31,264 nt of DNA from an uncultured Candidatus Bathyarchaeia archaeon (GTDB lineage: Archaea > Thermoproteota > Bathyarchaeia > 40CM-2-53-6), in contig CAYWMG010000070.1 in the NCBI GenBank assembly GCA_964459245.1, forward strand, positions 1-31,264, written 5' to 3'. A program made the translations under genes and the position numbers. Under the pieces are notes generated by a model, which saw only the letters and a program-made list of their open reading frames with translations, was not told the DNA's origin and did not search any database. Positions 1-9,087 of the stretch are shown here, in pieces. Position 1 is the first letter of the stretch, and each line of letters starts with the position of its first letter.

Positions 1-263
1 ATGGTTCTCGAAATGAAAGGTAGCGTCTGCACTTCATTCACCAAAGTTGTGGTCGTTGGCTGAAGAACTGCTATTGGGCCTACTACCGTCGATAAGTCTC
101 CAAAAAGACGCAGTAGAGTAATTTCATCGAGTGTAAAATCATGACTGTTTATCAGCAAGACTCGTTCTACACTTCCTGAATTGTGGGCCGCGTATACTGG
201 TGTGCATTGAAAGACCATTAGAAATATGAGAAACATTAGTAGGAATTTGTCTGACCTTAGCAC
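1..263 (-). CDS. Secreted/exported protein, N-terminal part only (runs off the window start)
   Basis: Not in the ORF track. GTG at 263 opens MLRSDKFLLMFLIFLMVFQCTPVYAA-HNSGSVERVLL... with no stop to position 1. Basic residue, hydrophobic core and VYA-A resemble a signal peptide. Lies 13 bp downstream of the priL stop. Confidence 0.6.
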   Translation of the reverse strand, partial: MLRSDKFLLMFLIFLMVFQCTPVYAAHNSGSVERVLLINSHDFTLDEITLLRLFGDLSTVVGPIAVLQPTTTTLVNEVQTLPFISRT

Positions 264-276
264 TCAGGATGCCGGC

Positions 277-1332
277 TTACTTTGTGTTAGCCTTCTTACT
301 ATACAAATTCCGCGCTTTTCTACGGTAATATGATAGGGGGTGTCTGATGGTTGCACAAAGGCTGTCTGGATTTACACACAGTCCATGGGTTTGCATAGTT
401 GCGCAGTTGGGTGGAGTATATTTTCGCCTTGAACCGCGTTTGCCCGCGATATGTTCCACTTGGTATCGGGCAAGGCGTTCGTCGAAGTCAGTAAATGATT
501 TGAACATTCCAAGTAGGTCGTCTTCGCTGATACCGATATCGAGTAAGAATGCTGCCATGGCAAATCTACCCATGTGGGAAATATGTTTAGATGTTTGGAG
601 TAAGCTGAGGAGGTTCTTTATGCAGGGCGGAATTGCTTCAGTGACAACAGCTCGAGGCATGTCTTCTGTAGCTAATGATTGAGATCTCGCAACAAGCCTT
701 GCACGCAGTGAGGCAATTTGATTTTCAATGTCACGAGGGAGAGTAATATTCACGTCCGAGGTTTTTTGCAGAACTCTAGCTTGTACTTCTTCTTCAAGCA
801 GTCTTGCGAAATCATCGCGAGGAATAAGTACATAACCTTGCACGAGTGGTCTGTTGACTAATTTCCATTTGATCTCACGCATTCTATTTGAGTTGCGGAT
901 GTAATCTGTGAAATGGAGAGAGAACTCAAAATGAGTGTCATGTAGGTCTTTTTTTACCAGTTGTGCGTTCCATTCGAATGTCCCAACCGCGATTTGAAGC
1001 AATTTTTCCGGAGGTTCGTACCGAACAAGCTGGTACGCTCGTTTCGCTTCAGCCAGTGAGTAACGTCTTCGTGTCCTGTCATCTCCTATAGAACTAATAA
1101 TCATTAATGCCGTCGGGTACGCGAGTATTTCTATATCTTCTTGGTCTAGATTTTCAGAGATTTTTCCATAGAATATGGCGTCCTCTATGCGATGCTTTGC
1201 ACGTTCAAGGATCGGTAACAGTTCAGGTGAAGTGAGTTCGGCAGGGTCAATGTTACGCGATCGAATGTATTCAGAAGCCTCAGAAGTGAACGGGTACTTG
1301 GCATAATCGAGTTTTGTCAGAAGAGTCTGCAA
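277..1332 (-). CDS. priL: DNA primase large subunit PriL
   Basis: KYPF start, RYSLAEAKR, PPCIKNL, HMGRF, YTPPNCATM..GLC..SLC (four Fe-S Cys); next to PCNA; TTG start. Confidence 0.96.
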   Translation of the reverse strand: MQTLLTKLDYAKYPFTSEASEYIRSRNIDPAELTSPELLPILERAKHRIEDAIFYGKISENLDQEDIEILAYPTALMIISSIGDDRTRRRYSLAEAKRAYQLVRYEPPEKLLQIAVGTFEWNAQLVKKDLHDTHFEFSLHFTDYIRNSNRMREIKWKLVNRPLVQGYVLIPRDDFARLLEEEVQARVLQKTSDVNITLPRDIENQIASLRARLVARSQSLATEDMPRAVVTEAIPPCIKNLLSLLQTSKHISHMGRFAMAAFLLDIGISEDDLLGMFKSFTDFDERLARYQVEHIAGKRGSRRKYTPPNCATMQTHGLCVNPDSLCATIRHPLSYYRRKARNLYSKKANTK

Positions 1333-1365
1333 GCCGGCGAATCACTTGCCACGTTGTCGTAGCAC

Positions 1366-2127
1366 CTACTCAGCTTCTATTCTTGGAGCTAAGTAGTAAA
1401 GCAGCTTACCTTGCTGCGGCATTTCATATTCTAACTTGACTGGCATATTACTCGAGAATTCGAGAGTCACGAGTTCAGAGGCCATCGAACCTGCCTTTGA
1501 GATCTCAGCCAGGTAATTCAGGTTGTAAGTAGCCTTACTTGGTTCTTTGATCTCTAACTCAAGAAGCACATCCGTTCCTTTTTCCAATTCAATCTTTGCG
1601 CCGCTTAGTTCAGTGATTGCTTCTGCAATGAATCTTTCTTGGGTTGTCTCAAGTCTCACGTTGTCGCTGACCGTTTGAATTTGATCGATGATGTCCTTAA
1701 AACTCGAGCTTATCATCTTGATCTTTGTGTTGAATGCTATCTTGGGAGTGGGGACTTCTTCGTCTCCAGGATCGAGGGTTGGAAGAGTGAATGTGGTTTT
1801 CCACTTTCCTTTGATTATCATTCCTAGTTTGCGCGTACTTTCATCGTATGACATTTCTAGTGGTTCCGAGCCTGCTCCGCGTAGTTTCTTAACAATATCA
1901 CTAACATTCAAGCGAATCTTCGTTGGTTGAAGACAATCATACTCCTGAAATGCTGACTTGTTCCATTCAAAGTCAACCATTGCTACATGTGAGGGATCCA
2001 TCGCTCTAAGTTTAATTCCCTCTGGGGCAGCGTTAAAGTCCGCTTCCTCGATAAGAGTGGAAATTGCAGCAAGCATGTTCCTCCATAGTTTAGCATCACC
2101 AATTGTGGCTTTAAACACCTGTCTCAC
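1366..2127 (-). CDS. pcn: PCNA sliding clamp
   Basis: GIKLRAMDPSHVAMVD, YNLNYL, C-terminal YYLAPRIE; GTG start. Confidence 0.98.
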   Translation of the reverse strand: MRQVFKATIGDAKLWRNMLAAISTLIEEADFNAAPEGIKLRAMDPSHVAMVDFEWNKSAFQEYDCLQPTKIRLNVSDIVKKLRGAGSEPLEMSYDESTRKLGMIIKGKWKTTFTLPTLDPGDEEVPTPKIAFNTKIKMISSSFKDIIDQIQTVSDNVRLETTQERFIAEAITELSGAKIELEKGTDVLLELEIKEPSKATYNLNYLAEISKAGSMASELVTLEFSSNMPVKLEYEMPQQGKLLYYLAPRIEAE

Positions 2128-2181
2128 CGGAAACCGATCGTTAGAGTGATTGTGCTATACGTACTTTAATTGAGCGGTGCA

Positions 2182-2505
2182 CTAAGAGTTTTCTCTCCAA
2201 GTAGTGCCGCAGCTTGTGCACCTGAAGAACTGTGTGGAAGATTCGTCTGCTCCTCGTGTTTGCACGAGCCAGTAAAAAGCTTCCTGGTTCCTACATTTTG
2301 GGCATTCAGCTTTCGTTTTTGGAAGTGTTCTAATTTTCTGTTCTTCCTTGCCTATGACCACTACGTTCTCTCTTTGTTGTTCTAGCTTCTGCACAGTCCT
2401 GTCTGATCGTTTTGTTTCAAAACCACATTTTGGACAGCTCAGCACGATTGACTTGAGCTTCTTTGTTGGCAAAAGCGCCAAGCCACATTTTGGACAAAAT
2501 TGCAC
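2182..2505 (-). CDS. tfs: Transcription factor S (RpoM/TFIIS family)
   Basis: FCPKCG..CPKCG N-terminal ribbon and CPKC..QTRGADES..FFRCTSC C-terminal ribbon with the DE acidic hairpin; GTG start. Confidence 0.96.
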   Translation of the reverse strand: MQFCPKCGLALLPTKKLKSIVLSCPKCGFETKRSDRTVQKLEQQRENVVVIGKEEQKIRTLPKTKAECPKCRNQEAFYWLVQTRGADESSTQFFRCTSCGTTWRENS

Positions 2506-2614
2506 TTTTGATAACGACCGGCTAGCCCAAGCCCGATAGGTTTGATTTAAGCCTTACTTGACTGGGTAGTCTGGGGTTTAATTCTTACGTTTTAGCCTTA
2601 GATTTTGAATGCTC

Positions 2615-3073
2615 TCATAACTGGTTTGCGATGAGGTCAGCTACTCTCGCTGCTTCAGGAATAGGCCTTTTCTCTGCGCAGCCTATAGAGAATAGCTCAT
2701 TGACCGTCGCAGGGTCCTTGTTGGGGCTCCAGACTGTTGATCTTCGATTTCGCAACCTGAGGTGTCTGACGACAAGTATGGGAATGGTTATCTCATTTGC
2801 TAGGCGATCAAAATCCTGTACTCCATTCGGTAAGATATTTTCTCTTGAAAAGATCACGGCGTGAATTTGAGAGTATTGCTTTGATCCTCTCATGGCGGAA
2901 GCTAGGCCTGTGACATATTTCTTGTCTTTTGTAGCTGCAGTATAGGTGAATAATCCGTCGAGCCAGAGGCTTCCTCTGAAGATTACTCCAACGATTTGAT
3001 TCAAATGTGCCTTCTGAATGGCACTCAAGCCAAGGATTCTTGTTTCTCTCTTGAGCGAGCTAGATCCCTCCAG
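2615..3073 (-). CDS. DUF99 family (endonuclease V-like fold) protein, degenerate; start uncertain
   Basis: Frame is open upstream of the TTG at 3028 to a CTG at 3073, giving ..KRETRILGLSA..IVGVIFRGSLWLDG...IPEAARVADLIA, which matches the DUF99 outline and usual position between rpoL and tfs. The GIDD motif reads GLSA. Confidence 0.7.
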   Translation of the reverse strand: MEGSSSLKRETRILGLSAIQKAHLNQIVGVIFRGSLWLDGLFTYTAATKDKKYVTGLASAMRGSKQYSQIHAVIFSRENILPNGVQDFDRLANEITIPILVVRHLRLRNRRSTVWSPNKDPATVNELFSIGCAEKRPIPEAARVADLIANQL

Positions 3074-3436
3074 TTAGGGCTGAGTCAGGCGTTCTACTGC
3101 TAGCTTCAAGAGGTTCGCGATACCTGATACAGGATCGTTATCCTGTGAAATGACGTTAACACTTTCTTCCATAGTCAAGATCTTCGTTTGGAATGCTTCT
3201 GTCAATATTGCTTCGGAGGCATTGGCGAAATCTTTCCGTGCCAGTCGTGTTCCGAGAAATTTCCGAAGCCCCGCCTCCTTGAAGGCGTCAGCAAGTATGC
3301 GATCGCTGACCTTGATTCCTTTTGGTTCTCCTCCGAGACGTGTCAAGGATAAAGAATAGGCTAGGTTGATGTATGCATCGCCTAGGCTCGCGCGTTTCTT
3401 ATCGCGCATAATTTTACGTAAGTCGTCTGCTATCAT
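3074..3436 (-). CDS. Archaeal RNase III-like family protein (Ribonucleas_3_2 type, no dsRBD)
   Basis: ASLGDAYINLAYSLSLT..G.KVSDRILADA..AGLR..ANASEAI pattern; 120 aa; directly downstream of rpoL. Confidence 0.7.
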   Translation of the reverse strand: MIADDLRKIMRDKKRASLGDAYINLAYSLSLTRLGGEPKGIKVSDRILADAFKEAGLRKFLGTRLARKDFANASEAILTEAFQTKILTMEESVNVISQDNDPVSGIANLLKLAVERLTQP

Positions 3437-3720
3437 TAAGATAGGCCGACGGCTTGCGCGAATTTCTCGCTAAATTCTTTGTTGAGTTCCCTAATGCTGG
3501 AGAGTGCCGCGAGCAAGACCTTTTCTGGTGAAACATCGCGTTTGGTTCTGAAATAGACTATGCTGGATCTGATTAGAGGATGCGGCTGATCATATCCAGC
3601 AATCTCGACATTTTTATCGTCCAGTAACGCCTTTTGGAGAAGGTTACAAACCGTGTGATCTTCGCCAACGATCTCAATCTTTAGATCGTTCTTGGTCTTG
3701 GTGAGGACTTTAACTTCCAT
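3436..3720 (-). CDS. rpoL: RNA polymerase subunit L (Rpo11)
   Basis: GEDHTVCNLLQKALL..AGYDQPHPL; ATG at 3720 preferred over GTG at 3729. Confidence 0.96.
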   Translation of the reverse strand: MEVKVLTKTKNDLKIEIVGEDHTVCNLLQKALLDDKNVEIAGYDQPHPLIRSSIVYFRTKRDVSPEKVLLAALSSIRELNKEFSEKFAQAVGLS

Positions 3721-3732
3721 CACTATCACTTC

Positions 3733-4314
3733 TTAGATAGGCTTTCCATAATCCTCTGCTAGTCTTCTTCTCTCGATGTTTCCGCATGATAGGCACTGTA
3801 ATTTTCTGCTTTCAAAGTCTAGAACTCCACCGCACTTCGAGCAGAACGCTTTCACAACACCTAATCCGCGTCCCGCTGTCGTCAACTGTGGTATTCTATT
3901 TGTCATATCAATGACTCTTGCTCTAATGATGTCTCCTGTCTTGCATACAGCGGACATATTTCTCTCGTAACGTGGGCTGGATGAAGAGATGTGTAGGATT
4001 GCTGTAAACGGGTTTTGGAGAGGCTTGTTATCAATCTTCCATATGCTTACTGTTGCCATCTTCTCTTGTGTGTGAGTGACAGAAGCCATTACGGTTGCTC
4101 CCTCCTTTGGGAGTTCAGGAACTCTTGTGGTTGGGGTCACCGTAACTCTCTTGTTCTTATTGTCGATTTTAGCCGTCCCGGTGAAATTAGCATAGATAGT
4201 ACCCGCTTCCTCATATGTGCCCAGGCCGGGTAGAAACTCCTCGACAACTCCAAGCCTGTCGCCGGGCAGCACGAGTTGCATTACCTCACGTGGTACTTTG
4301 CTCAAATCATTCAC
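3733..4314 (-). CDS. csl4: Exosome RNA-binding protein Csl4
   Basis: VLPGDRLGVVEEF..G.GTYE, S1 domain, GDIIRARV, GVVKAFCSKCG..CLSCG..E.RR zinc ribbon. Confidence 0.95.
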   Translation of the reverse strand: MNDLSKVPREVMQLVLPGDRLGVVEEFLPGLGTYEEAGTIYANFTGTAKIDNKNKRVTVTPTTRVPELPKEGATVMASVTHTQEKMATVSIWKIDNKPLQNPFTAILHISSSSPRYERNMSAVCKTGDIIRARVIDMTNRIPQLTTAGRGLGVVKAFCSKCGGVLDFESRKLQCLSCGNIERRRLAEDYGKPI

Positions 4315-4397
4315 ACCGTTTCCATTTCGTTTCAGCTTAGTTTTATGAGCGGTAAGCGATTACACTGCGCCGCCGTATTTAAGCAAGTATCTGCAAG

Positions 4398-5030
4398 TTA
4401 GTGACGGTGGATTCTGATAACGTGAACTTTCACGAAATATTGTTTTTTTGTGTGAAATTTGAATTGATGTCCGATTGGCATTCTAGTTTCAATGATTGTT
4501 TCAGATTTTGCATTCTGGTCTTCTAGCCATCTCGAAAGGAATGATATTGTAGTGGATTTATGAATGCTGTAGATTACGCTTCCTATATTCAATGCGGCAC
4601 GCAGGAATTTGATGTCGCTGTGTGGGCGTTTAGTTCCAAAGGGTGGGTTCATCAAGACTGTGTCAAAGAGGCCATGCAGGCTCGCGATATCACTCAAGAG
4701 CCAGTCAGCTTCTAACTCTAACCTTTTGCTATTGAATCGAGCAGTTTGCAGAGAGTCGAGGTCAATGTCTATTCCAACAACCGATTGTGCTCCGAGCATC
4801 ATTGCTCCCAGAGCTAGCCTGCCTGTTCCTGTTCCGAGATCGATTACTGATTTTCCATGTATGTCTCCGTAGGTATGACATGCATGAAAGAGAATATCGG
4901 CCGCTAAATCTGCTGGAATTGTATACTGTTCCAGTTTGATCTTTGGATTCTGATGTGCAGGAATGCTTTGGAGAATTATCTCAAGGTCACGTTTGCGGAT
5001 TAGAATTTCGGAAGACTTCACTTTGAACAT
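4398..5030 (-). CDS. METTL5-like SAM-dependent methyltransferase (COG2263 type)
   Basis: LEQYTIPA, DLGTGTGRL SAM motif, MNPPFG catalytic motif, YSIHK; position between dph2 and csl4. Confidence 0.9.
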   Translation of the reverse strand: MFKVKSSEILIRKRDLEIILQSIPAHQNPKIKLEQYTIPADLAADILFHACHTYGDIHGKSVIDLGTGTGRLALGAMMLGAQSVVGIDIDLDSLQTARFNSKRLELEADWLLSDIASLHGLFDTVLMNPPFGTKRPHSDIKFLRAALNIGSVIYSIHKSTTISFLSRWLEDQNAKSETIIETRMPIGHQFKFHTKKQYFVKVHVIRIHRH

Positions 5031-5051
5031 ACTCCCGATAACGTTGAGTGG

Positions 5052-6062
5052 CTAGTGCCAATCTTCCAAACTCATCCCTTTGGTGTAATCTTCCCATCGT
5101 TTCTTACCGAGGGCTATCATGACTTCTTCAGGGTTGAGTATTGGTTTACGATATCGTTCTTGGTCGTCAGTGCTAATTCGTGGACATGAGATCTCGACGT
5201 ACGCATCTATGTCAGTAAACGACTCCAAAGTTTCCGGGATCACTTCGGTAGCACAAAGGATGATCACCGAGTAATTTTTCTCCTCAAGTAATTCTTTGAC
5301 GCGTCGTGAGAGCGATATATTCATTTGGCTGCTCTTGAGGCCAAGGATAATTCCAATTCGTTTCGCTTCTTTGAACTTAATAATGTTAGCCCACCGTTTT
5401 CGGAGTAACCTTCCGCAACTTTCTGTCATGTCCTTCGCGAGATCTTGAAATGGGTCCACCACAATTGTGCGTTTGCCAGTGGACAGCGGTATGCCTAATG
5501 CGTGAAAGTCTCCTCCACTCAGAACTACTATCGCGTCGACTTTTTCAGCGATTGCTCGGATGCTGCCGTAATCACAACCTAATACTTGACCTGGATACTG
5601 CAACCAGCCTGATGCTCTACCGACAAGTACTTGTTTGCCGTTTTCTTCAAGAATTTGTTTGGCTTTCTCCAGTTGATGTATATGCTGGACATTAGAAGCA
5701 AGGCCAATCACATGTTCAGTTTGCAGCATTTTGACAGCTTGACGCATTGAACTTTCTATGGATATATCAGCTCTAGCTTCCACATACATTACATTTTCAT
5801 CCGTAAATTCTCCCGGAATTGCGGCGTGTCCAATATGCACCAGTAGATCAGCTTCTAAGAACTCCTTTGGCATTAATGCCAAGTCGCAAGCGCCATAGCA
5901 GGGGTCTCCTGATAAGAAGACCTCTGTACCTGTTTCCTTTTCAATTCGCTGGGCTAGCTTGAATCCTAGAGGTTTCAGTCCCTCTGGGAACTGCAGAAGA
6001 ATCCGTTTCGCTCCGCGACGTTTTATTTCGTTGAATATTCTGTCTTCTTCTAGATTATACAA
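5052..6062 (-). CDS. dph2: Diphthamide biosynthesis enzyme Dph2
   Basis: LQFPEGL, GDPCYGACD, H.GH, GQVLGCD, SCPRI (three Fe-S Cys); TTG start. Confidence 0.96.
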   Translation of the reverse strand: MYNLEEDRIFNEIKRRGAKRILLQFPEGLKPLGFKLAQRIEKETGTEVFLSGDPCYGACDLALMPKEFLEADLLVHIGHAAIPGEFTDENVMYVEARADISIESSMRQAVKMLQTEHVIGLASNVQHIHQLEKAKQILEENGKQVLVGRASGWLQYPGQVLGCDYGSIRAIAEKVDAIVVLSGGDFHALGIPLSTGKRTIVVDPFQDLAKDMTESCGRLLRKRWANIIKFKEAKRIGIILGLKSSQMNISLSRRVKELLEEKNYSVIILCATEVIPETLESFTDIDAYVEISCPRISTDDQERYRKPILNPEEVMIALGKKRWEDYTKGMSLEDWH

Positions 6063-6134
6063 GGTTCCAATGAAACTACGTGGAGTGTGAATTAACCGTT
6101 GTCTATCAAATGCTGCTCTTGAATTGTTAGCATG

Positions 6135-6653
6135 CTACGCTGTTTGAGGAGCTACTTCTACAAGTTGTTCTTCAGCAATTACGCATGCAACTGAGAGCTT
6201 TGTTGAACCTACTTGAAGCGCCTTTCTAGCAATCTCTACCGCGTTGCTGTTCACATAGATGTCTAGAATAGATTGGCCAGCTCGGATTCGGGCTGCTCTC
6301 CCGCTCGGTTTTCCAAACGATCTTCTCATCCCTTCTTGCAGTCTGTCTGCGCCGGCAGTTGCAATCATTCGATTCTCCCGAAGGATAATGTGTGGGTAGA
6401 CTCTGAGATGTGTCTTGTAGCCTGTTTCTCCCAGCGAGTCAAAAAGAACTTTGTTAGTTGCAACTCGAGCAGCTTCAAGCGCGTTATGTCTTACTTGAAC
6501 CGGAGATTGAGCAACCAAAGAAAATCTAAATTCGAAGTGGCTTTTTGAATCTCCGCTGACAAATTTTGATATTTTGGATGGCGGTGAACTATGAATATAC
6601 TTTCCTCTAGTGTAAGGTTGCCCTTTGATGAGGCGGTAGTTTCTGCCTTTCAA
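6135..6653 (-). CDS. rpl10e: 50S ribosomal protein L10e/uL16
   Basis: QVRHNALEAAR, RVYPHIILRENRM..AGADRLQEGMRRSFGKP; TTG start. Confidence 0.97.
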   Translation of the reverse strand: MKGRNYRLIKGQPYTRGKYIHSSPPSKISKFVSGDSKSHFEFRFSLVAQSPVQVRHNALEAARVATNKVLFDSLGETGYKTHLRVYPHIILRENRMIATAGADRLQEGMRRSFGKPSGRAARIRAGQSILDIYVNSNAVEIARKALQVGSTKLSVACVIAEEQLVEVAPQTA

Positions 6654-6931
6654 GTCCCATCTCTTCTGAGTCTAGCTTGTGTTGACAATTACTTAAGTTT
6701 ACAACCCCTTTGACGTTTTGGCTACTTTCCTTCGAAAATAGACTAACTGATAGGATGCTATAGCCAAACTTGGCTCTTCAGCCAGGTTCTGCTCACGAAA
6801 TTTGACGAGTTAGAACCAGGTTCTTAATTAGCTAATATGACTCAAAAGAATCCTAGATTGTCAATCCTTATCGACTATAGTAAGTTTAGATGCCATAAAT
6901 TCGATTTCGTCAATCTTCGTCTGCGAGAGTT

Positions 6932-7435
6932 ATGCGAAACTCACAACGCTTCGTTGTCGCGCTTCTGTTCTCGTTAGGAGCGTTTTCGTTACTATTACTA
7001 AGCACTCAGGTCAATCACCAAGTTCCAGAGGTTGGTCGAGCGATTTCACCTTACTTCGCTGATGATTTCGCTGGACGTTTAGCCGCTTCAACTATCACGG
7101 CCACCGTTACTTCAACGATCACTAACTCGCCTATTATTCCAACACGGCTAACCTTGGCGCTCTCAAGCAATCCGGTCAATAAGGGTCAACGATTCACAAT
7201 AATCCTCAATTTGCTTGGACGTAATCAGGCGCAGAACGCCACGATACCGGAACAACAGGTTTCCATTACTGCCAGTTGGGGGTCAACCGTCAATTGTTTA
7301 ACCCAAAATGATGGAACCTGCCATCTAGACCTCAATGCGCCAAGCACAGTCGGTAGTTATCTTATCACCGCAAAATATTTGGGGAATCTCTTTTTCGCCT
7401 CAAGTACAGCAACGGCCAATTTGAAAGTGCAATAG
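6932..7435 (+). CDS. Hypothetical exported/membrane-anchored protein with Thr-rich linker and a C-terminal Ig-like domain
   Basis: N-terminal hydrophobic helix, STITATVTSTIT linker, beta-rich C-terminus (..G.Y.ITAKYLGN.FFASS.A...L.V) resembling bacterial Ig-like repeats. Confidence 0.65.
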   Translation: MRNSQRFVVALLFSLGAFSLLLLSTQVNHQVPEVGRAISPYFADDFAGRLAASTITATVTSTITNSPIIPTRLTLALSSNPVNKGQRFTIILNLLGRNQAQNATIPEQQVSITASWGSTVNCLTQNDGTCHLDLNAPSTVGSYLITAKYLGNLFFASSTATANLKVQ

Positions 7436-7485
7436 AATCACCGTTGCGCTCTACGAAGAAATATTCAAACTAGAGCAAATGCCGG

Positions 7486-8247
7486 TTAATTTCGAGTGGT
7501 CTCTTTCGCACCAGAGAGAGGAATGGTTCGGATCAGCCGACTGTTTGTGTTTACTCTAATTTTCAGATTGCTCCGTCTGAAGACTCCAATCAAAAGTGAC
7601 GTTTCTCTCATTGAAATGAAGGAACGAGATATTAAGTTGCGAAAAGCCCGTCTCGCGAGCTTTCGCTTATGAGTTTGTATTCCTGACAAAGATACTAATT
7701 CGTCGAACTGTGCTAATAATTGCTGTTTAGCAAACCTGGTGGTTATACGTTGATCAGAAGCTCGTCGCGTCTTCTGGAAGAGTTCGTAGAGAATTATGGA
7801 GACGGCTGTAGAGAGGTTCAGAACATTGTACTCTTGACTTGCAGGTATTGTAATTATCAAGTCGCATCTTTCGATCTCTTCATTATTCAGCCCAGAACTT
7901 TCGCGTCCAAAGATAATTGCTACGTTTCCCTTGGCTGGTATAACTCTCTCGCTAAATTCTCTAGGCGTAATAGGTGTGCGAGTTAGGTTTGAGGTGCTCC
8001 TAGCTACTACTGAGGTTGTTCCAGCCACGATGTCAATGGTCTTTAGGGCCTCATCTAATTCGTTAACAATTTTGGCTGACGAAAGGACATCAGCACCATG
8101 CATTGCGTATGCCCTTGCTTCGCCTGTTATGTCGGTTTTTGGATTAACAATCCATAGGTTTCGCTGACCAAAATTTTTCATTGATCTTGCGACACCTCCG
8201 ATGTTTCCTGCTTTTTCAGGCTCTAGTAGTATTATTCTAAGAGGCAA
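7486..8247 (-). CDS. trmJ: SPOUT tRNA/rRNA methyltransferase, TrmJ/TrmH family
   Basis: EPEKAGNIGGVARSMKNFG, IIFGRESSGL, IPAS..YNVLNLS.A. Confidence 0.9.
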   Translation of the reverse strand: MPLRIILLEPEKAGNIGGVARSMKNFGQRNLWIVNPKTDITGEARAYAMHGADVLSSAKIVNELDEALKTIDIVAGTTSVVARSTSNLTRTPITPREFSERVIPAKGNVAIIFGRESSGLNNEEIERCDLIITIPASQEYNVLNLSTAVSIILYELFQKTRRASDQRITTRFAKQQLLAQFDELVSLSGIQTHKRKLARRAFRNLISRSFISMRETSLLIGVFRRSNLKIRVNTNSRLIRTIPLSGAKETTRN

Positions 8248-9070
8248 TCGAACTACCTAGTTCAGATCTTTTGTAGGCCACTTGGTTTGACAAGCCAACT
8301 AATTCCGTTGGACTAATTTGGAATATGCGTCTCTCTAAGAAGGTAACCTGTGAGAGTATAGAATCCGTCTCCGTTGGGAAACGTTTGCGAAGATATCTTG
8401 TAAGCACTCCACGTAGTTTCCGTCGGCGTTGAGTGAACAAAAACCTAACCAAGTCCTCGAAAATTAGTTGGTTCTCAATCGTTAAAGGATCTTTTCTAGG
8501 TTTGATAGTGACAATAGCCGAGTCCACTCTTGGCATGGGGTAGAAAGCGCTTCGCGGTGCTTTCATTATGAAGTTAGCTTCAGCTTTTGACTGGAGAACT
8601 ACGGTTAGTCGTCCATATTCACGTGATCCGCACTTTGCTGTCAATCTGTGTACAAATTCGGTCTGGAGAAGAAACGCTGCAAGGTCAAATTTATTCAGGA
8701 TGACGAAGAGTATTAGCTTTGAAGATATATTGTATGGAGGACTTGACACTATTTTATTGCAATCTATCTTTCCCATCTTGAGAGCGTCTCCTTCAATAAT
8801 TGTAAGATTGTGGAACTTCGAAAAGCGTTTCCTGAGGTAGGGTGCAAGCGTGCGATCTTTCTCTACAGCAATGACTTGGCAATTATGCTTTAACAATTCG
8901 GTAGTTACGTAGCCGAGCCCAGGCCCGATTTCCAATATTCTATCTCTAACTGACGGTTGCGCAGCTGATACCATTGCGTTGCGAATTTTCTCATCCACGA
9001 GGAAATGTTGACCAAATCGTTTTAGAGGGTGTATCTGCAGGTTTTCTAATTCTCTTCTAATCCACGCCAA
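8237..9070 (-). CDS. rsmA: 16S rRNA dimethyladenosine transferase RsmA/KsgA
   Basis: KRFGQHFL, LEIGPGLG, SSPPYNISS, FYPMPRVDSA, FTQRRRKL. Confidence 0.96.
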   Translation of the reverse strand: MAWIRRELENLQIHPLKRFGQHFLVDEKIRNAMVSAAQPSVRDRILEIGPGLGYVTTELLKHNCQVIAVEKDRTLAPYLRKRFSKFHNLTIIEGDALKMGKIDCNKIVSSPPYNISSKLILFVILNKFDLAAFLLQTEFVHRLTAKCGSREYGRLTVVLQSKAEANFIMKAPRSAFYPMPRVDSAIVTIKPRKDPLTIENQLIFEDLVRFLFTQRRRKLRGVLTRYLRKRFPTETDSILSQVTFLERRIFQISPTELVGLSNQVAYKRSELGSSIAS

Positions 9071-9087
9071 GAATATGCCTCGACGGT

